Of a stretch of DNA of 64,000 bases, positions 9,539-19,168 are shown one piece after another. The position numbers and the translations under genes were made by a program. The notes under the pieces were generated by a model. It saw only the letters and a list, made by a program, of their open reading frames with translations. It searched no databases and was not told the DNA's origin. The DNA lies in assembly GCA_964455525.1 (NCBI GenBank), contig CAYVWR010000007.1:117169-181168 (forward strand). Reading direction: 5' to 3'. The first letter of the stretch is position 1, and the number at the start of each line of letters is the position of its first letter. Source of the stretch: an uncultured Alphaproteobacteria bacterium (GTDB taxonomy: Bacteria; Bacteroidota; Ignavibacteria; OLB7).

Positions 9539-10426
9539 ATGTCTCAACCAACTATCATCGACGGCAAGACCGTCGCGAACGCAGTCATCGAACAGGTGCG
9601 GCTGGATACGGCGGCGTTGATCGCCGGGCGTGGGATCACCCCAGGGCTGGCCGTGGTTCTGGTGGGCGACGATCCTGCCTCGGCCACCTATGTGCGATCG
9701 AAGGAGAAGATGTGCCAGGCCCTCGGCTTTCACTCGGTGGCGTATCGCCTGCCGGCGGATACCGCAGAGGAGCCGCTTCTCGAACTGATTGCGGCGCTGA
9801 ATGCCGATCCGGCCATTCATGGCATTCTTGTTCAAAGCCCTCTCCCCTCCCATATAGATTACGAGCGGGTGGTGGAGACGATCGACTACCGCAAGGATGT
9901 GGACGGTTTTCATCCGGTAAACGTCGGGCGGATGGTGATCGGCCTGCCCGCGCAGGAGTCGTGCACCCCCGCCGGAGTGATCGAGATGCTGAAGTATTAT
10001 CGCATCCCTACCAGCGGGCGGCGCGTTGTGGTGATCGGACGGAGCAATATCGTGGGCAAGCCGCTGGCCAATATGTTGATGCAGAAGCGGGAGGGGGGCA
10101 ATGCCATTGTGACGGTGGCACACTCGGCGGCGGCGGATCTTGCGGCGATCACCCGCGAGGCTGATATCCTGATCGCGGCGATAGGACGCCCCCGGTATAT
10201 CACTGCCGATATGGTGAAGCCGGGCGCCGTGGTCATTGATGTCGGCATCAATAGGGTCGATGATGCGGAGTCGAAGAAAGGATATACGATCGTCGGCGAT
10301 GTCGATTTCGAGAATGTAGCCCCGAAATCATCGGCGATCACACCGGTTCCAGGCGGCGTCGGGCTTATGACGATTGCCATGCTCATGACCAATACGCTTC
10401 GCTCTGCGCGGGGGGATTTCAAGTGA
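9539..10426 (+). CDS. folD: Bifunctional methylenetetrahydrofolate dehydrogenase/cyclohydrolase
   Basis: IIDGK, VGDDPAS..YV..K, KDVDGFHP, GRSNIVGKP and ITPVPGGVG motifs. Confidence 0.96.
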   Translation: MSQPTIIDGKTVANAVIEQVRLDTAALIAGRGITPGLAVVLVGDDPASATYVRSKEKMCQALGFHSVAYRLPADTAEEPLLELIAALNADPAIHGILVQSPLPSHIDYERVVETIDYRKDVDGFHPVNVGRMVIGLPAQESCTPAGVIEMLKYYRIPTSGRRVVVIGRSNIVGKPLANMLMQKREGGNAIVTVAHSAAADLAAITREADILIAAIGRPRYITADMVKPGAVVIDVGINRVDDAESKKGYTIVGDVDFENVAPKSSAITPVPGGVGLMTIAMLMTNTLRSARGDFK

Positions 10427-11214
10427 TGACAGAAGAGATCGATTATTCAGAGTTTTTCGAGGAAGAGGAGCCGGAGCGGCCAAGCCGATCGCGCCCGAAA
10501 TACACGATCATATATCAGGATGAGCGTATCATCGCCTTCGATAAGGGGCCGGGCATCTCCTCCATTCGCGAGCGTTTCATTCCCGGCATCTCCTTGAAGG
10601 AGATGGCCGAGGAGAAGCTGGGACGGCTCTGGACGGTGCATCGTATCGACAAGGATACAAGCGGGGTGATCGTGTTTGCACGGGATGCCGAGGCACATAA
10701 GAGCCTGAACGATCAGTTTGAGCGGCATGAGACCACAAAGATCTACGCTGCGATCCTGGAAGGGGAGATGCCGCAGGATGAGATGACGATCGACATTCCG
10801 CTGATGAGCGATCCCGCACATCCTGGCCGGATGCGCCCAAGCGCTCGTGGCAAGGAGTCTACCACGATCCTTCATCTTCGCGAACGTTTCCATGGGTTCA
10901 GCTATGTGGAGGCGCGGCCATTAACCGGGCGCCAGCATCAGATCCGCGTTCATTGCAAGGCGGTTGGTCTGCCGCTGGCGGTTGATCCGTTCTACGGCAA
11001 CCGAAAGGAGCTTCTCCTCTCTACCTTCAAGAGGCGCTATCGCGATTACGGACAGGAGGAGAAGCCGCTGATCGCCCGTCTTACGCTGCATGCCGAGCGT
11101 CTTACGGTGATCCATCCGGGCACCGGCGAGCCTATCACGTTCGAGGCAGCCCTGCCACGGGATATGAGCGCGCTCCTGAATCAGCTCCGCAAGGTTGCAA
11201 AGGTGAAGGGCTAA
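10423..11214 (+). CDS. RluA-family RNA pseudouridine synthase
   Basis: HRIDKDTSG catalytic motif, PLTGRQHQIRVH and LHAERL; overlaps the folD stop. Confidence 0.92.
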   Translation: MMTEEIDYSEFFEEEEPERPSRSRPKYTIIYQDERIIAFDKGPGISSIRERFIPGISLKEMAEEKLGRLWTVHRIDKDTSGVIVFARDAEAHKSLNDQFERHETTKIYAAILEGEMPQDEMTIDIPLMSDPAHPGRMRPSARGKESTTILHLRERFHGFSYVEARPLTGRQHQIRVHCKAVGLPLAVDPFYGNRKELLLSTFKRRYRDYGQEEKPLIARLTLHAERLTVIHPGTGEPITFEAALPRDMSALLNQLRKVAKVKG

Positions 11215-11245
11215 GAGAGAGCTTCTACGATATCCACGTCTACAT

Positions 11246-11321
11246 CCTTGAACCTGACACGTACGAAGGCGTAAACACACACACCGTTCTTTGCGCCTGT
11301 GCGTGCGTGTCGCGTTCAAGG
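11246..11321 (+). other. Long imperfect hairpin (REP-like element or structured RNA)
   Basis: Stem pairs CCTTGAAC/GTTCAAGG, GACACG/CGTGTC, TACG/CGTG, AGGCG/CGCCT and TAAA/TTTG; two G-U pairs form only on the + strand. Confidence 0.6.
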
Positions 11322-11338
11322 CGGCTTTGCCGCTTTAT
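11319..11338 (+). terminator. Possible rho-independent terminator
   Basis: GCGGC-TTT-GCCGC followed by TTTAT, downstream of the RluA gene. Confidence 0.45.
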
Positions 11339-11439
11339 CCCGTCTGCGTGTCGGCAATTGCAACCACCGTAGGGCTTGCTTCCGAGGGTTTTTGCGCTCA
11401 GGCTTGGTAAGAGAGGTGGTGATAGGATGGACGGTGGTG

Positions 11440-12582
11440 TTATCTCTGTTGTTTAAAATTCTCTACAAACGAAAGTACAATCTGTTCCAGCGAGCACCCA
11501 GGCTCCTTGAATAATCTGTCCTTGTATTGCACATGAAGCTTATCTGCCAGACGGGCCATATTGAACCCAATGGCATAGATGTAGTTGGTTTTGCTGGTAA
11601 GGTACATGTCCGGGTTATCCTGCAATCTATACGTCCGAAAATATTCGTAGGCGCGATAAGCGGTATCTATCCCGGTTAGCTCCTTGTCAGGCTCTTTGTC
11701 CTTGTAAATATTGATTAAGCCGTATTCAATATATCTTGCTGTGCCTTCCATGGTCTCGTAAAATCGTTCGTACTTGCCTATATCAAAACCGGAAGAGCGC
11801 TCTATTATGTCCCGCCTTTTTGTTCGTAATACAAAAAAGCTGTCGATCAGTGATGCCGCTTCTTTCATGTTGTCGGTCTCTATTGCGCTTAGCAATAAAT
11901 CATTTTCATCGTCTATGCTCTCCTTGATCCATGCGTTGTCATCGTAAATCTTTCTTAAAGTTGTTCCGGCAACGGGCACAATAGAGTCTGTATAATAGGC
12001 CGAAAAGGTCGGGTGTGTAAGCTGAAAGCCATGAAAATACTCATGCAGTACCAACGTTGCCCATCGCTCCATGTTCTTTACTTCGGCGTCGGGATGTAGA
12101 CTCGTGATTTCAAAACTGCTACAATGCATAAACCACGATGTATAGTTATATGCGGCAGTATCGGTAAAGTTCTTGTACGTCTCCATGTGGAAGGATGTAG
12201 TATCCAGTAAGCCCGTTTTGTAGATTTCAATCCGACCATTTTTATGAATAAGTGGTGGGTTGTAGATGGATAGAAATCTTTTTGTAGGGTCTGCTATATA
12301 ACAATGTCTATCTGTGTAATAAATCAGGGGTACCTCAAATGCAGGGTCGTCAAACCCCATCCATACGGATTTATCCGCCAGCGCTTTTAATCGATAAAAA
12401 TATTCGATCCGGTTCACGATTATCCGATCCTCTTTGATGTCGTCATGCTCGGCAGGAACAGAAGGAATTTGAGGAGCCGGTGAATCCTGCCCAAAAGAAC
12501 TGTGTACAACAAAAAGAATAGACACAAAGAGTAATAGTATATTCTTTGTGTCTATTCTTTTTATGTTGTTCAAAGTAGGCAT
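11440..12582 (-). CDS. Secreted hypothetical protein, putative gluzincin-type Zn metallopeptidase; AT-rich
   Basis: Signal-like N-terminus; LVLHEYFHGFQ (HExxH) plus downstream ETMEGTARYIE; spot-checked 60-nt lines gave 33-45% GC. Confidence 0.7.
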   Translation of the reverse strand: MPTLNNIKRIDTKNILLLFVSILFVVHSSFGQDSPAPQIPSVPAEHDDIKEDRIIVNRIEYFYRLKALADKSVWMGFDDPAFEVPLIYYTDRHCYIADPTKRFLSIYNPPLIHKNGRIEIYKTGLLDTTSFHMETYKNFTDTAAYNYTSWFMHCSSFEITSLHPDAEVKNMERWATLVLHEYFHGFQLTHPTFSAYYTDSIVPVAGTTLRKIYDDNAWIKESIDDENDLLLSAIETDNMKEAASLIDSFFVLRTKRRDIIERSSGFDIGKYERFYETMEGTARYIEYGLINIYKDKEPDKELTGIDTAYRAYEYFRTYRLQDNPDMYLTSKTNYIYAIGFNMARLADKLHVQYKDRLFKEPGCSLEQIVLSFVENFKQQR

Positions 12583-12885
12583 CGTATTACCGCCTGTGTA
12601 TGGTTGTTATCGTCGTTGCCAAAATCTTTCCTTGATCTCGATTCTTCTTTGTGAGGAAAGCCTGCCGTCCACAGAAGTGAGCATCGCTTGGAGCCGCCAT
12701 GATCTGAGCGGTAAACAACTGCACCTTCGTTGCAGGATCGAACTTCCCAACGTCTATGACGATGAATCCTTCATAGTGCTTGCATATGAATAGTATATCC
12801 ATCCATTTTCATCGTTTCCTACTACCGTAGCGGTCAGGAGCATCGCCGTTTACTCTGCAATGCCCGCTCGATTATGCGGAGGCGA

Positions 12886-13446
12886 CTACTGTATAAGCAC
12901 CCGCCGCGCAAAGAGAACTCGGTCGCGATAATACGGTTCGCTTAGATTGTTCAAGGTTACCCCAAGCGATGTGGATGCATGAATGAAGGTGCTCCCCTCC
13001 ACGATAATGCCCACATGCGAGACCCCCGAGCCGGATGTATTAAAGAAGACAAGATCGCCTGGCAGTGTCTGGCCAAGGCTTACCGATTCGCCTGTCTGTG
13101 CCTGTTCTGCGGAGTTGCGGGGAAGTTTCTTCTCGACCGTTTTGAAGACGTTGCAGATAAAGCCGGAACAGTCTACGCCGGAACGTGTGGTGCCGCCGAA
13201 CTGATATGGGGTGCCTATCCATCGCTCGGCTTCGTCGAGCACCTTGCGGCGGTCGCGCCCAAGCGATGGTGCGGTGCGGGCGCGTTCCATCGTGGTGCGT
13301 ATCTCCGGGTAGCTTACGGTCCCTGATCCGGCTCCTCTCTGGGTGGAGCGGGATGCGGGGAGGCATCCGTGAAGGAGGAGGGTCAGGGCGCAGAGCGCCA
13401 GTGTAGAGCATCGTTTTGTCATCATCGTCATCATACGCGGCTGCAT
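12886..13446 (-). CDS. NlpC/P60 (C40) cell-wall peptidase, lipoprotein
   Basis: GTPYQFGG..GVDCSGF, PGDLVFF, SHVGI and FIHAS motifs; lipobox-like LHGC; start uncertain among ATGs at 13422-13446. Confidence 0.9.
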   Translation of the reverse strand: MQPRMMTMMTKRCSTLALCALTLLLHGCLPASRSTQRGAGSGTVSYPEIRTTMERARTAPSLGRDRRKVLDEAERWIGTPYQFGGTTRSGVDCSGFICNVFKTVEKKLPRNSAEQAQTGESVSLGQTLPGDLVFFNTSGSGVSHVGIIVEGSTFIHASTSLGVTLNNLSEPYYRDRVLFARRVLIQ

Positions 13447-13927
13447 TGAAGTCAGGGTGTAGATTGCGGACCTTGCAGCACCTCTGACCGGTGACCGATT
13501 GCGCGGTTTGATGGGCTGTGCCGGGGGCTGGCAAGATTCCCGGCATAGCTTTCTATTGGGAGATCCCGGCTGCTCTGCGAGCATCCATGAAGTTCGCCCA
13601 TACCGGTTCATGATACAAGCATCGTTATAGGATAGCGCGAAGAATTTCCGGCGCAATGCCTGGCCCCGGCCTAGATATGCCAGTGCGCTCCGGTTCTGCG
13701 ATCTCTTCCCTCTGTTCCCGTAGTGCTCTGCAACTCCTGCTGTGGCATAATGCCGATTGGCGTTAAGTTGTATGTTCTGAACGATGGCCGTCCGGTGCAT
13801 CCATACCTGGGCGGCGCAATCAGGATGGAAGCCTTGTGCCGTGGCACATTCTTTTGCGTCTCTGCGCGGCCTTTTGCTTCCCCCAATCAACCTGTGCGGC
13901 TTTTGATCCCATTTCCTGACTTCTGGA

Positions 13928-14677
13928 ATGCCTTCTTCTTCTTCTCGGCCTCTTCATATCTTCTATCGTTCCACTGGTGGTGATAACAAGAAGAATCGTC
14001 CCCCGTACTACTCAAAGATGCTCTGTCTGATGAGTTTTCTGGGGGCATTCGAGCGGGTTCGCGATCGTGCCGACATTACCTTTGTCAACGATGGTCCCAT
14101 GCCGGACGATCGTCTGGCGATTATGGGGCAATGGGGGCGGATCGTCTCATTCCCCGGCCTGGGCAACAGCCCATCGTACCGGCAGGCGCTTGCGCTGGCG
14201 ATCGCGCATCCGGCCGATTCGCTGGTGTACTTTGCCGAGGATGATTACCTCTATACCAGGCAGGCGCTTGAAAAGCTGCTTGCAGCCTTTGATGAGCTTC
14301 CCGAAGCCGATTACGTCACCTTGTTCGATCATCTGGATCGTTATACCAGAACGGACGATGCGCGCGGTGGCTACAGCCGTCTGTATCTGGCCGGTGGGAT
14401 TCACTGGCGTACCGTGGAATCCACCTGTATGACCTTTGGCGCCCGCACCGGCAGGCTGCGGAGCGATTCCTGGATCCATCGGCTCGGCACGGTTCCCAAA
14501 ACGCCGCGCGATCGTACGATTTGGCGCTGCACACAGGGAGAGAAGGAGTTCTTCTGGAAGTTTCCCAAGCGGACGCTGATCGGCCCTGTTCCCTCTCTTG
14601 CGACCCATATGGACCCCGAGGGACTTGCCCCGAACGTGGATTGGGAGCGGGTGGCGGCAGAGGTCGGGGGAGAGTAG
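13928..14677 (+). CDS. Glycosyltransferase-like protein (GT-A/GT2-like)
   Basis: FVND, GLGNSPSY and VYFAEDDYLY (DxD-type) pattern. Confidence 0.6.
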   Translation: MPSSSSRPLHIFYRSTGGDNKKNRPPYYSKMLCLMSFLGAFERVRDRADITFVNDGPMPDDRLAIMGQWGRIVSFPGLGNSPSYRQALALAIAHPADSLVYFAEDDYLYTRQALEKLLAAFDELPEADYVTLFDHLDRYTRTDDARGGYSRLYLAGGIHWRTVESTCMTFGARTGRLRSDSWIHRLGTVPKTPRDRTIWRCTQGEKEFFWKFPKRTLIGPVPSLATHMDPEGLAPNVDWERVAAEVGGE

Positions 14678-14753
14678 CGGCCCTCCCTGCGGACCACAAG
14701 CATGGCTCTATCCCGCACCTGAACCTCATACTATCCGCAATGGAATATTCCTC

Positions 14754-17495
14754 GTGAAGCGCTTCCCAACCATACCATCGCTCTATCCTCCGGCAATCCT
14801 TCTGGCCCTGTTCTGCTGTGTGATACGGGGTGTTGCACAGCCCGTCATTGCCGATAGCATCGTACGGATGTATGGGGTCGGCGATCGGGAGTTTCTTATC
14901 AGCGCGTATCTGGCCACGGCTTCGCCCGATAGCATCGGCGATCTCTGGAACTTTGCCCGTAGCATGGGGGTAAGCACGATCCAGCCGGGAGGCACGATCG
15001 AGCAGCTTGATACCCTGGTGAACTCCAGCTTCCGCGATCCTGCAACCGGCCGCATTATCGTGCGCGGGTTAAGTCCCATCCAGGATGCGGGGATCGGCCG
15101 GGAAGTGCGGTTCTTCCCTTTCGATTCGGTGCAAAGCCCTTTTTACCAATGGAAGTTCACCCGGCTTGCGGGGGGGAGTCGTTTCTACGATAGCCTGGAA
15201 CGGGGCGCGCAGGTGCGCCTGTATACGTCGGAGAACACACGCCCGGGGGAGATGATCGCCTCGGCGATTGCGTTCGAGTGGGCGCCTTGGCAGGTTCATC
15301 GTTTCCCGGAAGGCGGCTACGATACAAGCGCGCAGAACTCGTCGGCACTGGTGGACTGGTATCTCTATCGTGCGGCGGCCAACAAGCAGGCCCCCACCTT
15401 TCATCTGGCGCTGCGTGGCCTGATGCTCCCGGAGGGACGCAACGGTCGTGGGAGCGACTCGGTGCTGCGTGCCGAGATATGGTACGAGGTTCCGAAGGGA
15501 AAAAATTATATCGATACGAACGATCGCGTTCGCCCCGCATCGTCCGATCGCGCCTTTCTGTACAAGACATTCTGGATCGTGCGCGACAGCCTGATGCCGC
15601 GTGATGGTCGCGAGGCATACCGGGAATTCTCATTGCCGGTAAACCTTCTGCGTGCCGATGGTGAGACCTGGGGGCCGCTGCACCCTGCAAATGAATCGCG
15701 ACGGATTGATCTGCGGGTGTACTGGAGTGGTGCCGCACCGCTTGCGCTGCGCAGTGTGGCGCTGCGCGATTCGATTGGCGAGCTGGTTCTTGGCAATGGT
15801 CCGTCCAGTGTGGCCTATCGTGCTGCGATCGTGGATATGGCCCGGCGTGCGCTCTACGGGGAACGCCGACGGGGAACGCCGCGGCAGGCCGTTATCAGGC
15901 TGATGTCGGGGATCGAGCCGCATCCGACGGAGTATGCTGGCAATGCTGCGGTGGAGGATCTTCTCCGCAAGACGCTGCGCGACGGCTTTGCCCCGGGCGA
16001 TAGCATCGCAATCCATACCGAGGGGGGAACAAGCGAGCCGGGGGTGCCGAGCTTTCATCATATGACCCGCTCCGATGCGGTGTTCACCGAGATCGGGCTT
16101 GCCCCTCCTGTGGATACCGCAACCCGTTTTGGCGCATGGGAGAACCAGGCATATCAACGGCTTTTCCGTACCCCTATCGTACGGATTCCATCGCTTGCGG
16201 AACATAATGGCGGCCGTTTTCAGATACCGCTTCTGGAGCCAACGGCCGAGGCGGTTGAACGCGACTACGTGCCGGTGCTTCAGGTGCTGCGCTTTGGTCA
16301 GTACGATCCGGGCCGTCTGGAATGGCCGTGGAGCATCGGTGGGGTGATAAATCTGGGGCGCGGCTCCGAAGTGATGCGGCGGACGGGACGGCGGATGATC
16401 GCCACCGTGTTTACCACTGCCGAACTCCACCTTCGTCTGAACGGGCCGGGCGAACGGCTCGATACCTTGATGAGCCATACGGTGGAGCCATCGGAGTTGC
16501 GGGCGATGGTGAATCTCTCCCTCTGTTATGGTGCCAGAGGCATCCACTATTTCTGGCTTGGCAACTATGTCAATCATATGACCCCATCGGAGCACGACCC
16601 GCGCATCTGGGTAGGCTCGAACGATTCATGGGGGTCCAACGGGCCGCTGACAAGCGATACCACGCTCGACCATGCCCAGCTCTTTGCGCTCACCGATAAT
16701 CGTCCCACCCCTGACTATCCGCGTGGAACGCCGCGTGTCCTGATCCCCGATTTCTATGTTGGTTATGGCGTGCGAACCCGCGAGGTACAGCATATCAACC
16801 GGTGGCTGGCGCGCATCGGTCCCGAGATGGCAAGGTTGCAGTGGCGCGATAGCTACAGCATGCATTACGCCGTGCCACATCCAAACATCGTGTCGCAGCG
16901 TGTGCGCCCTCGCCCGCTTCCAACCGATGAGATCGTGGCGGGGGTGCGATCCCGCTCCAGAACCGGGCGGCTCGATTCGCTTTATGCCACCTATGTGGAG
17001 CTGGGCTTTTTCCGGGGGGAGAGTGCGGGGGAGGGTTCGCAGAGCGCCAGGCATCATCTGTTTGTGGTGAATCGCCGATGCTTCGAGCGCCCGGATGATA
17101 TCCCGGCGGGAAGCCCGGCCGGCGCTCGACTGGATTCGCTTGCCGAATCGCGAACGCTCGTGATTCGCTTCAACCTTCGGCGTGCCGGGGACTGGCGTCG
17201 CAACTTCATCCGGGTTCGGGAGATCGAGCCTGATACAACCCGTTTGCCGCTTGCACACGCTCCGCGCATGCCGCTCGACACGTTCATCCTGGCCGATAGC
17301 GCTGTGGAGCTTGCGCTGCGTCCGGGGGGCGGCGCGTTGCTGGAGATCACTTTTCCGATGGGCGGACGCGAGGCCGGACTGTTCAACAGAACAATTGATC
17401 CCAGAGGGCGCCATCGTTGGTGGCAAGGGCTGCTGCCCCGTAACGTGCCAGTGGTTGCTGGCGCAGGGAGAGGGAACGAGGGCCGCGACGGTTAA
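14754..17495 (+). CDS. Large (about 913 aa) secreted hypothetical protein
   Basis: Long ORF; signal peptide from GTG 14754 (MKRFPTIPSLYPPAILLALFCCVIRGVAQ); YGARGIHYFW resembles a TIM-barrel glycoside hydrolase strand. Confidence 0.65.
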   Translation: MKRFPTIPSLYPPAILLALFCCVIRGVAQPVIADSIVRMYGVGDREFLISAYLATASPDSIGDLWNFARSMGVSTIQPGGTIEQLDTLVNSSFRDPATGRIIVRGLSPIQDAGIGREVRFFPFDSVQSPFYQWKFTRLAGGSRFYDSLERGAQVRLYTSENTRPGEMIASAIAFEWAPWQVHRFPEGGYDTSAQNSSALVDWYLYRAAANKQAPTFHLALRGLMLPEGRNGRGSDSVLRAEIWYEVPKGKNYIDTNDRVRPASSDRAFLYKTFWIVRDSLMPRDGREAYREFSLPVNLLRADGETWGPLHPANESRRIDLRVYWSGAAPLALRSVALRDSIGELVLGNGPSSVAYRAAIVDMARRALYGERRRGTPRQAVIRLMSGIEPHPTEYAGNAAVEDLLRKTLRDGFAPGDSIAIHTEGGTSEPGVPSFHHMTRSDAVFTEIGLAPPVDTATRFGAWENQAYQRLFRTPIVRIPSLAEHNGGRFQIPLLEPTAEAVERDYVPVLQVLRFGQYDPGRLEWPWSIGGVINLGRGSEVMRRTGRRMIATVFTTAELHLRLNGPGERLDTLMSHTVEPSELRAMVNLSLCYGARGIHYFWLGNYVNHMTPSEHDPRIWVGSNDSWGSNGPLTSDTTLDHAQLFALTDNRPTPDYPRGTPRVLIPDFYVGYGVRTREVQHINRWLARIGPEMARLQWRDSYSMHYAVPHPNIVSQRVRPRPLPTDEIVAGVRSRSRTGRLDSLYATYVELGFFRGESAGEGSQSARHHLFVVNRRCFERPDDIPAGSPAGARLDSLAESRTLVIRFNLRRAGDWRRNFIRVREIEPDTTRLPLAHAPRMPLDTFILADSAVELALRPGGGALLEITFPMGGREAGLFNRTIDPRGRHRWWQGLLPRNVPVVAGAGRGNEGRDG

Positions 17496-17522
17496 GCCAG
17501 GGAGAGGAGACGGCCTCTTCAA

Positions 17523-17563
17523 CAGAAACGTCCCACCGGGATTCTCCTGATGGGACGTTTCTG
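17523..17563. terminator. Bidirectional terminator between convergent genes
   Basis: Perfect 13-bp stem CAGAAACGTCCCA/TGGGACGTTTCTG. Confidence 0.7.
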
Positions 17564-17597
17564 AAGTTCTTGAAAAGGGCGGAGGCCACTTGGCGGG

Positions 17598-18056
17598 CTA
17601 CCCTTTAACAGCTTCCGGGCGTACTTCGCCAACGTGATCGTGGCCATCTTCGCATACCTCGCAGTTGGAGCAGAGGCGCATATTCACCCAGTGTGCGCTG
17701 GCGATCATCAAACCGGCAAACGCTGCGATATAGGGGTGCAGCATCTCCATAAGCTCGGAATGGGAGTCATGGCCAAAGAAGTTGAAGACGAGGATCATGC
17801 CGCCTGAGATCATCATCAGGATGGGATTGATCCTCCGATGCACCCGATAGGATGTGCCAAGGCTGATGGCGGCAATGCCGATCGACGTAGCGATCATGAC
17901 CAGCTCAAACGTTCCTTCGGCCAGAAACCCCAGGCCAAGCGCCGGCAGAATGCTGAGCAGCAGAGGCATCGCCGCGCAATGGATGGCACAGATCGTGGAG
18001 GCCGAGAAGCCAAGACGATCGAATGTCCGCTGAAATCGTACTGAATGTGTTCCCAT
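17598..18056 (-). CDS. MerC-domain membrane protein
   Basis: DRLGFSASTICAIHCAAMPLL motif, four TM segments and a Cys/His-rich tail CSNCEVCEDGHDH. Confidence 0.8.
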   Translation of the reverse strand: MGTHSVRFQRTFDRLGFSASTICAIHCAAMPLLLSILPALGLGFLAEGTFELVMIATSIGIAAISLGTSYRVHRRINPILMMISGGMILVFNFFGHDSHSELMEMLHPYIAAFAGLMIASAHWVNMRLCSNCEVCEDGHDHVGEVRPEAVKG

Positions 18057-18075
18057 AAGATTCTTCTACCCCCGT

Positions 18076-18501
18076 TCATTTCCGGCAGCCGGGGCAGGTT
18101 CCATAGAACTGAAGTGAATGGCCGATGTTTGTGAATCCGGTTGATCGCTCCACGCTCTTTTCCATGCGATTCAGGTCGCACACATCCAGAGGGGATTTAC
18201 TGCCACAATCGGAGCAGACGATGATATGATGATGGTCCTTTGCACGAACGCCGTACCGCCATCCATCATCGAGCCGATCCACACGTGTTACCAGCCCACA
18301 GCGTTCCAGCGTCTCAAGCGTGCGATATACCGTTACCAGGTCGATCGGCGTAGTGCCGGCCTGGATCGCGGCGTTAACCTGCGCCGCCGATAGAGGCTCT
18401 TCCGCCCCTGCCAGGATCTGGTAGACGCTACGCCGTGCCTGTGTTACACGTACTCCCTGCTGGCGCAGTGCCCGGTCGATATGGTTATCTCGAATGCTCA
18501 C
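18076..18501 (-). CDS. Fur-family transcriptional regulator (Zur/Nur-like)
   Basis: RVTQARRSV, DLVTVYRTLETL, HHHIIVCSDCG and FYGTCPGC motifs. Confidence 0.9.
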   Translation of the reverse strand: MSIRDNHIDRALRQQGVRVTQARRSVYQILAGAEEPLSAAQVNAAIQAGTTPIDLVTVYRTLETLERCGLVTRVDRLDDGWRYGVRAKDHHHIIVCSDCGSKSPLDVCDLNRMEKSVERSTGFTNIGHSLQFYGTCPGCRK

Positions 18502-18522
18502 GACTGTCCAATATAAAGAAGA

Positions 18523-18537
18523 TGCAAGTGAGTTGCA
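18523..18537. promoter_or_regulatory. Candidate Fur-family operator TGCAA-N5-TTGCA
   Basis: Perfect 5-5-5 palindrome 21 bp upstream of the Fur-family start codon. Confidence 0.55.
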
Positions 18538-19168
18538 AAAGTATGCCCTTTCAGGGGGACGGTTTTGTGGGGCAGAAGGGAACCTGGTTCTTCATGGATG
18601 GCCCTGCCGCCGATGGTTTCCAGGGAATGAACTTGGGGCCGTGAGTTCCTCCGGTATGCCCTGGTTTCCCCTTTTCTTCATGGTGCCGACGCGCCATGCA
18701 AGCGGCGGTCTCAGCCCCTGTGATACGCCGTCGGGCACAGGGCGTGCCCGTACAAAAAACGACCGGATCAGCCCCACACTTCGTCTTGCATATATGCCCG
18801 TTCCATAGTTATATTGACGCTCTTCTCTCGTAGAGTAGGGATCATCCCATCCCTCTTGAGAGGAATCCGGCTGCCGATATATAACAGAAACCTGTCACTT
18901 AAATCACATGGTACCCGCCTTGCCGGCGCGGAGTGTATGACAGATTTGCCGCACGGCAAAAGCAACCGGGCCACGTTGGTATACTCGGCCGAACTCTCCT
19001 TCCCGGAGCCACGAAGGTGGAATCTTGGAAGACGGCAGCCAGGAGTTCGGAGTTCGTTATAACAACCACTGTGCTCGGCGCCCGTTCAGGCAGGCAGTAA
19101 TGCCGTTGCAATCTGACCCACTCGAACGGACAGTATAAGGGTATGTGTCACAACTGCTAGGAGTAATG

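Noticed and set aside
12587-12802. 71-aa minus-strand ORF between the peptidase and NlpC/P60 genes
   Set aside because: No recognisable motif or RBS; it could be real but I cannot support it.
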